Positions 9,785 through 19,606 of a stretch of DNA of 64,000 nucleotides are shown piece after piece. Both the position numbers and the translations under genes were made by a program. Under the pieces are notes generated by a model that was not told where the DNA came from, ran no database searches, and was given only the letters and a program-made list of their open reading frames with translations. The stretch's first letter is position 1; each line of letters opens with the position of its first letter. The DNA comes from an uncultured Actinomycetota bacterium (lineage in GTDB: Bacteria; Actinomycetota; Actinomycetes; JAHEKZ01), in assembly GCA_963829525.1 (NCBI GenBank), contig CAWHIJ010000003.1, positions 2,624,001-2,688,000 of the forward strand, read 5' to 3'.

Positions 9785-10629
9785 CTGACGAGACCCGCGA
9801 TGTACCCGCCCACGTTCGGGCCTCCGGTTCAAAGCGCCGGGTCCACAGGGTCCAACTCGAGACCGGGGTCTCCCTCGCATATGTGGAACACGGCGACCCA
9901 TCGGGCCCCACTCTCCTTCTGCTACATGCCTTTGGCGAGTCGCTGCGCTGTTTCGATCGTCTAACCCCGTTGCTGCCTGAAACTCTTCGCGTGTTGGCGA
10001 TCGACCAGCGTGGCCACGGCCAGGCTGATAGGCCGGTACACGGATACGACCTCGAGTCGTTGGCGGTCGACATCGTGGCGTTCATGGACGCGGTCGGTTT
10101 GTCGTCTGTCGTGCTGGTGGGTTCCTCCAGTGGCGGATACGTGGCCCAGCAGGTGGCCGTGCAGATCCCCTCAAGGGTTTCGAGGCTCGTTCTCATCGGA
10201 TCGCCGCGCAGCCTGCGAGGCAGGCCGGAATTCTCCGACGAGGTGGACTTGCTCACCGACCCCATCGACCCGGACTGGGCCAGAGCTTTTCTCAGTTCCA
10301 TTCCGCTCTGCCATGACGTGCCGGACTGGTACCTCGAGGACCGGGTTCGCGATGCGGTTCTCATTCCGGCCGACGTGTGGCGGGCAAGCCTCGCTGGTCT
10401 GACCACCTCGCCGGCACCAACCGACGCAGGGGCGATCTCGACTCCGACACTGATTCTCTGGGGCGACCACGACGGGCTACTGACGCTAGAAGACCAGAAG
10501 ACTCTAACGACCAAGATCCCGGGATCGCGGTTCGTCGTGTACGAGGATGTCGGCCACCTCGTTCTTTGGGAACAGCCCGAGCGAGTCGCCCGCGATATCA
10601 CCATCTTCCTCCGGGGGCTGCGGGCCTAA
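9781..10629 (+). CDS. Alpha/beta fold hydrolase
   Basis: DQRGHG, nucleophile motif GSSSGG, WGDHD, GHL. Confidence 0.88.
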   Translation: MTDETRDVPAHVRASGSKRRVHRVQLETGVSLAYVEHGDPSGPTLLLLHAFGESLRCFDRLTPLLPETLRVLAIDQRGHGQADRPVHGYDLESLAVDIVAFMDAVGLSSVVLVGSSSGGYVAQQVAVQIPSRVSRLVLIGSPRSLRGRPEFSDEVDLLTDPIDPDWARAFLSSIPLCHDVPDWYLEDRVRDAVLIPADVWRASLAGLTTSPAPTDAGAISTPTLILWGDHDGLLTLEDQKTLTTKIPGSRFVVYEDVGHLVLWEQPERVARDITIFLRGLRA

Positions 10630-10781
10630 TGCCTCTGTCAGAGCCACGCGCCCAGACACACACTGGGCGTGTCTGCTGACCGATGGGAAGAGGGACGGTG
10701 AGTTCTCGTGCCACGCCCAAGGCGACCGCACCCAGGCGTTCCAGTCCGACTTTCAACCGCCGACCCCACGAGAGGATCACC

Positions 10782-11219
10782 ATGACCTCGCCAACCGCCT
10801 TTGAACCTGCCCCGGTGAATGTGAGGATCAAGCTCTCCGCGCTGTGGACGTCCATGATGCTCGTCTTCGCGTACGTCGACCTCTTCAGCCTCTATCGGCC
10901 CGACGTCCGAGCCGACATCGAGGCGGGCCAGATCAGTGGGTTCACCGTCGACCGAACGTTCCTCCTGCTGACAACTGCCTACGTCGTCATCCCCAGCGTC
11001 ATGGTGTTCGGCGCTCTGGTCCTAAGACCCCAGATCAACCGCATCGCAAACCTCGTGCTGAGCGTTGTCTATGCCCTCACCATCATCGGTGGTGCGATGG
11101 GCGAATGGAGTTACTACGTCTTTGGCAGCGGGATCGAGGTCGCGCTGCTCGCGGGCATCGCCTACTACGCCTGGACCTGGCCGCGGGAGTCCCGACCCCT
11201 GGCGGGCGCCGAAAGCTGA
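10782..11219 (+). CDS. Small 4-TM membrane protein (DUF6326-like)
   Basis: KLSALWTSMM..YVD...Y pattern, hydrophobic helices, C-terminal AWTWP; SD GAGAGG. Family name from recall. Confidence 0.7.
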   Translation: MTSPTAFEPAPVNVRIKLSALWTSMMLVFAYVDLFSLYRPDVRADIEAGQISGFTVDRTFLLLTTAYVVIPSVMVFGALVLRPQINRIANLVLSVVYALTIIGGAMGEWSYYVFGSGIEVALLAGIAYYAWTWPRESRPLAGAES

Positions 11220-11267
11220 AATGTAATGCCACCTAGGGCCAGCTTGCGCGTCGATCGCCGTCCATCG

Positions 11268-12497
11268 CTACAGCCGGTCCCCCACCTCGTCGGCCGCCCG
11301 CACACCTGATCGCAGCGCGCCCTCCATCAACCCGGCCCAGTCACCCGCCGTATGTTCCCCCGCAAAGTGCAGCGCGCCAACCGCCCGCTGCATTACCTCG
11401 TCGTCCTCGGGACGCCAGTCGGTCGTGACCGCACTGTACGCCTCACGGGAGAAGGGTTCGTCGGCCCACGTCGTGACAACGGCCCGTTCGACATCAAGCG
11501 GCAGGTCGTCGCGCAAGGACGCCGCCCGCTCGGCCCAGGTGCGCGGACCAGCTTCGACCTGAAGCGCGTCCAGGGCCGGGCCAGACCCGGAGAAGCAGTG
11601 CAGCATCGGCTGGACGGATCCGCTGATGTCAGTTGCTGTCCATGTCCAGAATCGTTCGGGGACACTCTGCACTGCCGACCACGGCACGTCCCTTGAGCCC
11701 GGGCGAAAGGGAATGTGCAGCTTGGCCGCCTGCCCTACTCCCGCGCGCGTCCATGCCTCCGACTTCCACTGTGGGAGGGGTGGGTCGAAGGACATTTCCC
11801 GTGTCACGGCCATAGGGGTCGCCACAACGGCCGCCTCAGCGTCGAGCTCACCACTTTCAGTGAATACACGCACGGTGTGCTCGCTCCACTCCATCCGGTG
11901 CACAACCTCACCGAGGCGTAGTGCATCGCCGAGCCGCTCGGCGAGCTCATTGGCCACCAGCTGGTTGCCCCCTGAGACCCGGAACGAGGGCTTGGGCTCG
12001 AAGGCAACCGTCACGTCGGCGGCGGCCGCCGCCCCTAGCCGCTCGACCGGACAGGCATTGGTCACCTCGATGCGCGAGCGAAAAGCTTCCAGTGCATCCG
12101 GATCGATCCGCGACGCCACCTCGTCGAGGATCTTGGACAGAGCCGTGCCCGGTACCGCCGTCGAAGCCGCCTGCGCGATGACCGCAGCGGCGGCAGCGAC
12201 GTCGTCATGGGTAGCACTCACACCGCGGGGCTCACGCACGTAGTACGACATCCCCATTGGCGCCAGAGCGAGTCCGCACTGGTCCATGACCTGCCGCATC
12301 ACGTCGTAGCCGGCCAACACGAACTCTGCACCCCGCTCGATGACCGTCCGAGGGTCGCCAGGTACCAGCTCCTCGGACCACACGCGACCCCCGACCCGGT
12401 CCCGCGCCTCCAAGACAACGACCTCGTGTCCGGCCTGGCGCATCCGCCAGGCCGCCATCAACCCTGCAAAGCCTGCCCCCACGACCACAACGCGCAC
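11268..12497 (-). CDS. Flavin monoamine oxidase family protein
   Basis: GAGFAGL, EARDRVGGR, ERGAEF, FAGEH...GLMEGAL.SG. Confidence 0.88.
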   Translation of the reverse strand: MRVVVVGAGFAGLMAAWRMRQAGHEVVVLEARDRVGGRVWSEELVPGDPRTVIERGAEFVLAGYDVMRQVMDQCGLALAPMGMSYYVREPRGVSATHDDVAAAAAVIAQAASTAVPGTALSKILDEVASRIDPDALEAFRSRIEVTNACPVERLGAAAAADVTVAFEPKPSFRVSGGNQLVANELAERLGDALRLGEVVHRMEWSEHTVRVFTESGELDAEAAVVATPMAVTREMSFDPPLPQWKSEAWTRAGVGQAAKLHIPFRPGSRDVPWSAVQSVPERFWTWTATDISGSVQPMLHCFSGSGPALDALQVEAGPRTWAERAASLRDDLPLDVERAVVTTWADEPFSREAYSAVTTDWRPEDDEVMQRAVGALHFAGEHTAGDWAGLMEGALRSGVRAADEVGDRL

Positions 12498-12555
12498 GAC
12501 GGTTCCCCAATCCGATAGCAGCTGGTTCGACATTCTGGTCTGTCAGAGTGAAGCC

Positions 12556-14022
12556 ATGACGAAGCCACTCCCATCGGCCCCGCTGTTCACCTCCGCAGAA
12601 CTTCCCGAGCGGGCTCTCTCAGCGGCCGAACAGGTCGATCATCTACTGGGCAAGCGCGGTGAGGTCGACCATCGGGGCCCCGAGCTGAACACCATGATCG
12701 AGCTCAACCCTGATGCGATGGAAACCGCCATGGAGCGCGATGCCGAGGCACGCGACGGAGTCGCCCGTGGACCACTCCATGGTCTCGCCATGGCTGTCAA
12801 GGACAACATCGATACCGCAGACGCGATGCTCACCACTGCGGGATCGCTGGCCCTCACCGAAACTCGTCCAAGCCAGGACGCAGCGCTGGTTGCGAGGCTG
12901 CGCGACGCCGGCCTCGTCGTGCTGGGCAAGGCCAACATGAGTGAGTGGGCCAACATGCGGTCGCCGCACTCGAGCAGTGGCTGGAGCGCCAGGGGCGGAC
13001 TCACGCGCAACCCCTGGGACCCGATGCGCAGCGCCGGCGGGTCCTCGTCAGGTTCGGCGGCGGCTATCTCAGCGGGCGTCGTCCCACTCGCCATCGGCAC
13101 CGAGACCGACGGGTCGATCATCTGCCCCGCCAGCTACAACGGTGTTGTGGGCATCAAGCCGACGGTCGGTCTGCTGCCGACCGACGGCATCATCCCGATC
13201 TCGCACAGCCAGGACACGCCGGGACCGATCGCTCGATCCGTGCGGCTCGTTGCGTCGTTGCTCGACGCGATGGCCGGCACTGATCACTTCCTCGCTGGAT
13301 GCGACAACGTGAAACTCGGTGGCGTGCGTGTCGGCGTCGTGCGCGACCACTTCGGTGCACACGCTGCAGCCGACGGCGTCACCGAAACCGCGGTCTCGCT
13401 TCTGGCTGCGGCAGGAGCGACCGTCGTCGACGGCGTACCGGCAGTCTCTTTTCCCGACCCGCCGAGTGAAGACGACGACGAGTACCTGAAGGTGCTTCTC
13501 TTCGAGCTTCAGCACGATCTCACCGCGTACCTGGCCGGCCGTCCGCCTGGGGGCCCACGAACGCTCGCCGAGATCGTCACCTTCAACCGCGCCAACGCCG
13601 ACACCGAGCTGCAGTGGTTCGGGCAGGAATATCTCGAGCGCGCGGCCGAGCTCCCCGGCCTCGACGCAGCCGAGTACCGAGCTGCCCGAGCCAACACGCT
13701 GCGAGCGGCTCGTAAGGACGGCCTGGACGCCTCTTTCGGCAACCACGACGTTGACGTCCTGGTGGCGCCGGCCTTCCCGCCCGCCGCGATGAACGACCTC
13801 GTTCTTGGTGACCCGGCCGGTCCGGGCGGCGACTGCACCACCGCCCCTGCCATCGCGGGCTACCCGATCATGAGTGTGCCGATCGGTTTCGTTCACGGGC
13901 TCCCTGTTGGGCTGGCAATCACTGGTCCGGCCAACAGCGAGGCACTTCTCCTCCGCGTCGCACGCACACTGGAAACGAGACTTGGACTGCTCGACGACGG
14001 CGCGCTGGTTCCGCCGCTGTGA
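12556..14022 (+). CDS. Amidase signature family enzyme
   Basis: [22 protein letters not shown]. Confidence 0.92.
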   Translation: MTKPLPSAPLFTSAELPERALSAAEQVDHLLGKRGEVDHRGPELNTMIELNPDAMETAMERDAEARDGVARGPLHGLAMAVKDNIDTADAMLTTAGSLALTETRPSQDAALVARLRDAGLVVLGKANMSEWANMRSPHSSSGWSARGGLTRNPWDPMRSAGGSSSGSAAAISAGVVPLAIGTETDGSIICPASYNGVVGIKPTVGLLPTDGIIPISHSQDTPGPIARSVRLVASLLDAMAGTDHFLAGCDNVKLGGVRVGVVRDHFGAHAAADGVTETAVSLLAAAGATVVDGVPAVSFPDPPSEDDDEYLKVLLFELQHDLTAYLAGRPPGGPRTLAEIVTFNRANADTELQWFGQEYLERAAELPGLDAAEYRAARANTLRAARKDGLDASFGNHDVDVLVAPAFPPAAMNDLVLGDPAGPGGDCTTAPAIAGYPIMSVPIGFVHGLPVGLAITGPANSEALLLRVARTLETRLGLLDDGALVPPL

Positions 14023-14028
14023 CCTCGT

Positions 14029-15402
14029 CTAGCTGCGCAGGTGCAGCTGACGGGCAGCCTCAGACACCGAACCCGACAAGGAGGGGTAGATCGTGAAGGC
14101 GTCGGCCACTTGGTCGACGTTCAATCCAAGACGCACCGCGAGCGACACCGGGTAGATCAGCTCGCTGGCGCGCGGCGCCACCACGACTCCCCCGATGACG
14201 ATCCCGGTACCAACGCGACAGAAGAGCTTGACGAACCCGTCGTGGAACTCTTGCATCTTCGCTCTGGCGTTGGTGGCCAGCGGCAGCTTCACCTGCGCCG
14301 CGTTCACCTCGCCGCTGTCGATCTGTCGTTGGGTGACACCAACGGTCGCAATCTCGGGGTCGGTGAAAACGTTGCTGGAAACGACTGACAGGTCCAGTGG
14401 TTGGACGGCCTCGCCGAGCGCGTGTTTCATGGCAATCCGACCCTGCATGGCGGCTACCGACGCAAGCATCAGCACGCCGGTGCAGTCGCCGGCCGCGTAG
14501 ACGCCGCGGGCATTGGTACGAGAGACGCGGTCAATCTTGATGAAGCCTGCGTCATCCACATCGACCCCGGACTCCTTGAGCCCGATCCCATCGGTGTTCG
14601 GCCGCGATCCCACCGCCATCAGCACGTGCGTCCCTGTCACCGTGCGGCCATCCTTCAGCTCGACCGCCACGCCGTCCTCGGTACGAGACGCCGCCACAGC
14701 TCTCGACTCCGACAGCACTCTCATTCCTCGCCGCGCAAACACCTCTTCGAGAACCAACGCCGCGTCGGCGTCCTCGCCGGGCAGCACCCGGTCGCGGGAT
14801 GAAACCAGCGTCACCTGCGAGCCAAGCGCCTGGTAGGCACCGGCGAACTCCGCTCCCGTGACACCCGAGCCGACCACGATCAACTCGGCGGGAAGCTCAC
14901 TGAGGTCGTAGAGCTGGGTCCAGCTCAGGATTCGCTCTCCATCGGGCCGCGCGGACTCGAGCTCGCGCGGATGGGCGCCAGTGGCGACCAGGATCGCATC
15001 AGCCGGCAACACCTCCGCGCCGCCGGCAGTGAGCTCCGCGACGACCCGATTGGGCCCGTCCAACCGCCCCACCCCACGCACCACGCGCACGCCATCAGCT
15101 TCGAGGTGCGCCTCGACGTCTGCCGACTGAGCGGTCGCCAACGATTTCAGCCGGCTGTTGACGACCGCGAGATCGACGCCAACTTCGCCGTCAAAGCGGA
15201 CGCCCAAGGCTCGGGAGTCGTTCACCTCGTCCATCACATCGGCGACCGTGATGAGGGCCTTGCTCGGGACGACGTCGGTCAGCACCGCCGACCCACCAAG
15301 TCCGTCGCGGTCGACCAGTGTGACCTCGGCTCCCACCTGAGCAGCCACCAGCGCTGCCTCGTAGCCTCCGGGGCCGCCGCCGATGATCACCATTTTCGCC
15401 AC
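14029..15402 (-). CDS. lpdA: NAD(P)H-quinone dehydrogenase (LpdA-like flavoprotein)
   Basis: GGGPGG, GSGVTGAE, AAGDC, YPSLSG; the redox CxxxxC is absent (AVLTDV). Confidence 0.88.
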   Translation of the reverse strand: MAKMVIIGGGPGGYEAALVAAQVGAEVTLVDRDGLGGSAVLTDVVPSKALITVADVMDEVNDSRALGVRFDGEVGVDLAVVNSRLKSLATAQSADVEAHLEADGVRVVRGVGRLDGPNRVVAELTAGGAEVLPADAILVATGAHPRELESARPDGERILSWTQLYDLSELPAELIVVGSGVTGAEFAGAYQALGSQVTLVSSRDRVLPGEDADAALVLEEVFARRGMRVLSESRAVAASRTEDGVAVELKDGRTVTGTHVLMAVGSRPNTDGIGLKESGVDVDDAGFIKIDRVSRTNARGVYAAGDCTGVLMLASVAAMQGRIAMKHALGEAVQPLDLSVVSSNVFTDPEIATVGVTQRQIDSGEVNAAQVKLPLATNARAKMQEFHDGFVKLFCRVGTGIVIGGVVVAPRASELIYPVSLAVRLGLNVDQVADAFTIYPSLSGSVSEAARQLHLRS

Positions 15403-15463
15403 GGCCGACATTCTGGCGCACAGATCACCAGAACCGTCCGGCGCGGCCCCTACGCTCATCGCC

Positions 15464-15913
15464 ATGGCCCTCTACGCCGCCTATGGCAGCAACATGGATC
15501 CGCGGCAGATGGCCGATCGTGCACCCCATTCCCCGCTGGCTGGAACCGGCTGGCTCGACGGGTGGAGGTTGACGTTCGGCGGCGAGGACCTCGGCTGGGA
15601 AGGCGCCCTCGCCACCGTCGTCGAAGAGGCCGGATCGCAGGTATTCACCGTCCTCTACGACCTGACAGAGCTCGACGAGCACGCCCTTGACGCCTGGGAG
15701 GGGGCCCTCGGCATTTACGACAAGATCCGGGTCAGGATCTCGACCTTGGACGGCGACAAGCTCGCATGGCTCTACGTGCTCAACGCCTACGAGGGCGGCC
15801 TGCCGTCGGCACGCTACCTGGGGATCATGGCCGACGCGGCCGAGAACGCTGGCGCCCCTGACGACTACGTCCGCGACCTTCGGACGAGGACCTGCCGCAA
15901 CATCGGGCCATGA
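15464..15913 (+). CDS. Gamma-glutamylcyclotransferase family protein
   Basis: YAAYGSNM, LDAWEG, PSARYLG; TACGCT -10 box 7 nt before ATG. Confidence 0.88.
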   Translation: MALYAAYGSNMDPRQMADRAPHSPLAGTGWLDGWRLTFGGEDLGWEGALATVVEEAGSQVFTVLYDLTELDEHALDAWEGALGIYDKIRVRISTLDGDKLAWLYVLNAYEGGLPSARYLGIMADAAENAGAPDDYVRDLRTRTCRNIGP

Positions 15914-15929
15914 TGGGGGACGATTCGGA

Positions 15930-15958
15930 CTCAACCTCCCGCCAGTTTCGCCCGATAG
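15930..15958 (+). promoter_or_regulatory. Putative sigma28/WhiG-family promoter (site D), likely leaderless
   Basis: cTCAA-N16-CCCGATAG, with ATG 15966 7 nt later. Confidence 0.6.
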
Positions 15959-15965
15959 GCACACC

Positions 15966-16403
15966 ATGGGAGTTGCACCGCGTGACGACGTCCGCATCAT
16001 CAGGCCAGCCGCCATCCTCGACGAGCGGGCAGCTAATCGCGTCCTCGACGAGCTCAAGCGCCTCGACATCGGTGCTGGCGGCGTCTGGAACGCCACCTCA
16101 TCGCTGTGGCAACGCTACGACACGCCCTGGGATGGAGTGGGCGGGCTCCGTGGTAACGCGCGTTTGCTCGGATCCATCGCTGTCATGTACGACGCTCCCA
16201 ACCGCCACCAGATCACCATCTACAAGGTGACGGTGACGCCCTTCGGTCTCGAGAGCAACTGGAGTGTGGAGTCCCTCGTCGACGATGCGCTGACCTGGGC
16301 CGGACTTACCCTCGCCACCTGCCCAAGGGCCGAGCTCGGCGACCCTCCCCGTCGTGACCCGTTCAAGTCGGCCGGCATGGTCGGCGCTCCGCCCAAGGCC
16401 TAG
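15966..16403 (+). CDS. Hypothetical protein (145 aa)
   Basis: Globular-looking ORF MGVAPRDDVRIIRP...RYDTPWDG...ITIYKVTVT with GC3-biased codons; fills the gap between flanking genes. Confidence 0.75.
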   Translation: MGVAPRDDVRIIRPAAILDERAANRVLDELKRLDIGAGGVWNATSSLWQRYDTPWDGVGGLRGNARLLGSIAVMYDAPNRHQITIYKVTVTPFGLESNWSVESLVDDALTWAGLTLATCPRAELGDPPRRDPFKSAGMVGAPPKA

Positions 16404-16436
16404 AGCTCACATGCCGCCGGTGTACTTCCGGTGGAA

Positions 16437-17687
16437 CTAGCGGCGCGCCTGCGAGAGATCGAGCAGCGCAACAGCAGCGAGCATGCGAACTCCCACATCG
16501 ATAGCGCGCTCATCGACGTCGAAGGTTCCCTGATGCAGGTCTCCTCCACCCAGTGTCCCCGGCACCTGGACCCCCAACCGGAAAAGCGCCCCGGGAGCAT
16601 GCGGTAGGTACCACGCGAAATCCTCGCCGCCCAGACTCTGCTCAACGGTCTCGACGCAACCCTCACCCAGCAGCGACCTGGCAACTGTCTCGATGAGTCG
16701 GACCGACGCTGCGTCGTTGATCACCGGAGGAACCCCACGCGTGTAGTCGACACTCACGTCGACCCCATAGGCCACTGCGACATCTCGGACAGCCCGGGAC
16801 ACGACTTCTTCGGCGTTCTCCCACACCAACGCATCCAACGAGCGCACAGTTCCGGCAATTTCACCGTTCTGGGGGATCGCATTGGCCGCGCCCCCAGCGC
16901 GAACCGTCCCCCAAACGACCGAGAGCCCGGCCCTAGGGTCCACACGACGCGACAGGATCGAGGGGACATCGGTGACGATCTTGGCCAAGGCGTAGACCAG
17001 GTCGCCGGTGAGGTGGGGGCGCGCGGTGTGGCCACCATCGCTGTTCAAGACCACCCGGAGGTGGTCGCTGCTCCCCGTGATCGGCCCGATGCGGACGCCG
17101 ATGCCACCCATGTCCTGACGTGGATCGCAGTGCAGAGCCAGGATCCGGTCGACCCCGTCCAGCACCCCTGCCTCGATGACGTCGAGGGCACCCCCCGGCA
17201 TCGACTCTTCCGCCGGCTGGAAGATCAGCCGCACCCGTCCCTTGAACTCGCGACGGTTGGCCAGCTCGGCCAGGACAACCCCAACGCCGATCAGGACCGC
17301 CGCGTGGACGTCGTGCCCGCAGGCGTGACAGACGCCAGGTACCGTCGACCGGTAGGAGAGCCCGGCCTTCTCGTCATCGATCGGCAACGCGTCGATGTCG
17401 GCGCGGAGCGCCACGGTGCGGGGGCCATGGCCGATGTCGCAGACCACCCCGGAACCACCAGGAAGCACGCTCGGTGACAGCCCGGCAGCGGCAAGGCGGT
17501 CATGAATGATCGTGGTGGTGCGCACCTCCTGGCGACCGAGCTCTGGGTGGGCGTGAAGATCGCGACGGATCTCGATCAGCTCATCGGAAATCTTGGCCAC
17601 CAGATCGGTGAGCTCGCCACCGAGGTGGTCGAGGTCGAGCTCCTGGTCTGCCACGGGGTCGAGGCTAGACGGTCCGGTAGCCCTCAT
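16437..17687 (-). CDS. M20D family amidohydrolase
   Basis: HPEL, LRADIDALP, HACGHD, FQPAEE, GGEDF. Confidence 0.92.
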   Translation of the reverse strand: MRATGPSSLDPVADQELDLDHLGGELTDLVAKISDELIEIRRDLHAHPELGRQEVRTTTIIHDRLAAAGLSPSVLPGGSGVVCDIGHGPRTVALRADIDALPIDDEKAGLSYRSTVPGVCHACGHDVHAAVLIGVGVVLAELANRREFKGRVRLIFQPAEESMPGGALDVIEAGVLDGVDRILALHCDPRQDMGGIGVRIGPITGSSDHLRVVLNSDGGHTARPHLTGDLVYALAKIVTDVPSILSRRVDPRAGLSVVWGTVRAGGAANAIPQNGEIAGTVRSLDALVWENAEEVVSRAVRDVAVAYGVDVSVDYTRGVPPVINDAASVRLIETVARSLLGEGCVETVEQSLGGEDFAWYLPHAPGALFRLGVQVPGTLGGGDLHQGTFDVDERAIDVGVRMLAAVALLDLSQARR

Positions 17688-17704
17688 GGCCTACTTCGCC
17701 CTCA

Positions 17705-19291
17705 TCAGAATGAGTCAACCGGCTGGTAAACGCCCCAGACCGCACGGAGCGCGTCACTTACCTCGCCGACAGTGGCCCTGGCACGCAGCGCCTCGCGCAT
17801 CGGGTAGAGCACGTTGGCCTCCCCCGACGCGGCAGCGGTGACCTCACTCAACCAGCGGTCGACCGCTGCCTGGTCCCGGTCAGCGCGCAGCTGATTCAGC
17901 CGTGCTCTTTGGTCGGCCTCGATCGTCGGGTCGACGCGGAGAGGCTCGTACGGTTCCTCGGTGTCGATCGCGAATCGGTTGACACCGACCACGACCCGCT
18001 CGCCATCGTCGATCTGAAGTGCGACGGCGTAGGCGCTCCGCTCGATCTCACCCTTCTGAAAGCCCCTTTCGATCGCGGCAACTGATCCGCCGAGCCGCTC
18101 CACACGCTCCATCAGGTCGACAGCTGCCGCCTCGACCTCATCGGTCAGCGACTCAACGACGTACGATCCGGCGAAGGGGTCGACCGTGCTGGTGACGTCG
18201 GTTTCGTAGGCCAACACCTGCTGGGTTCGTAACGCCAGACGCGCGGCCTTCTCACTCGGCAGGGCCAGCGCCTCATCGAAGCTGTTGGTGTGCAGCGACT
18301 GCGTCCCACCGAGAACTGCTGCAAGCCCCTGCACGGCAACGCGTACGAGGTTGACCTCAGGCTGCTGCGCCGTCAACTGGACTCCAGCGGTCTGGGTGTG
18401 GAATCGCAGCATCATCGACTTCGGGTTGGTCGCGCCGAACTCCTCGCGCATGATCTGGGCCCAGAGGCGTCGCGCGGCTCGGAACTTGGCCACCTCTTCG
18501 AGGATCGTCGTCCGGGATACGAAGAAGAAGGCCAGGCGAGGAGCGAAGTCGTCGACGTGCTGCCCCGTTGCGATCGCTGCACGTACGTACTCGACGCCGT
18601 TGGCGAGGGTGAACGCGATCTCCTGCGCGGGCGTAGCCCCCGCCTCAGCCATGTGGTAGCCAGAGATCGAGATGGTGTTCCACTGCGGAAGCTCCGCTTG
18701 GCAGTACTGGAAGATGTCGGTGATCAAGCGCAAGGACGCCGCGGGCGGGTAGATGTAGGTGCCGCGCGCAATGTACTCCTTGAGCACATCGTTCTGGATC
18801 GTGCCGCCAAGCTTGGTGGCGTCAACGCCCTGCTCCTCGGCAACCAGTTGGTACAGCAACAGCAGAACCGCGGCTGGTGCGTTGATGGTCATCGACGTGG
18901 TCACCTGGTCGAGCGGGATCTTGTCGAAGAGCACCCGCATGTCGTCGATCGAATCAATCGCGACACCGACCTTGCCGACCTCACCAGAGGCGACGGGATG
19001 ATCAGAGTCGTACCCCATCTGGGTGGGAAGGTCGAAGGCGACCGACAGCCCAGTCGTGCCAGCTGCAAGCAACTGGTGGTACCGCTCGTTCGACTCCGCG
19101 GCCGTGCCGAACCCGGCGTACTGACGCATCGTCCACGGCCGGCCCGTGTACATGCTCGGGTAGACACCACGGGTGAAGGGGAACTGCCCGGGAGCACCAA
19201 GCCGCTCGGCGGGATCCCAGGCAGCCAGAGTGTCTGGACCGTAGACCGGTTGGATCGCGAACCCCGACTCCGACTGTCGTGCCTCGCTCAC
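17705..19291 (-). CDS. Methylmalonyl-CoA mutase, substrate-binding large subunit (no B12-binding domain)
   Basis: FTRGVYP, RQYAGF (Tyr) and [11 protein letters not shown] (Arg) match MCM rather than isobutyryl-CoA mutase specificity residues; GTG 19291 with SD AGGAG. Confidence 0.92.
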   Translation of the reverse strand: MSEARQSESGFAIQPVYGPDTLAAWDPAERLGAPGQFPFTRGVYPSMYTGRPWTMRQYAGFGTAAESNERYHQLLAAGTTGLSVAFDLPTQMGYDSDHPVASGEVGKVGVAIDSIDDMRVLFDKIPLDQVTTSMTINAPAAVLLLLYQLVAEEQGVDATKLGGTIQNDVLKEYIARGTYIYPPAASLRLITDIFQYCQAELPQWNTISISGYHMAEAGATPAQEIAFTLANGVEYVRAAIATGQHVDDFAPRLAFFFVSRTTILEEVAKFRAARRLWAQIMREEFGATNPKSMMLRFHTQTAGVQLTAQQPEVNLVRVAVQGLAAVLGGTQSLHTNSFDEALALPSEKAARLALRTQQVLAYETDVTSTVDPFAGSYVVESLTDEVEAAAVDLMERVERLGGSVAAIERGFQKGEIERSAYAVALQIDDGERVVVGVNRFAIDTEEPYEPLRVDPTIEADQRARLNQLRADRDQAAVDRWLSEVTAAASGEANVLYPMREALRARATVGEVSDALRAVWGVYQPVDSF

Positions 19292-19382
19292 TGCCGACTC
19301 CTGAGTGCCGCTGGTGTGCCACCCCGGTCCGGGTGCGCCCGGGTGCCAGCGTAGCGACCCGATCGACGAACGACCGCTGGGC

Positions 19383-19562
19383 TCAGAGGGGGAAACCGAA
19401 TCGGCGCACCGCGTCTGCATTCGGATCGAAGCCCTGCTCATCGGGAGGTGACTTTGGCACTGATTCGACCATGTCGTCGGGGCTGATGGGGTCCGGCAGG
19501 CGGCCGAACCGACGACGCCCTTCTTCGCGGGCCGGATCCTCGTCATCTGCGCGCTCAGCCAT
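19383..19562 (-). CDS. Small hypothetical protein, 59 aa (below the ORF-track cutoff)
   Basis: [59 protein letters not shown]; TACCGT -10 box 6 nt upstream of ATG; occupies most of the mutase-mprA gap. Confidence 0.7.
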   Translation of the reverse strand: MAERADDEDPAREEGRRRFGRLPDPISPDDMVESVPKSPPDEQGFDPNADAVRRFGFPL

Positions 19563-19606
19563 GAGATCACGGTACGCCCCGGGTGAGGAGAGTGCAGACT
19601 GTGCGC

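Noticed and set aside
8361-11219. DinB-VOC-GNAT-hydrolase-membrane protein run as a dedicated pathway
   Set aside because: These are generic small detoxification-type families that often accumulate downstream of core genes; there is no regulator or shared motif linking them.
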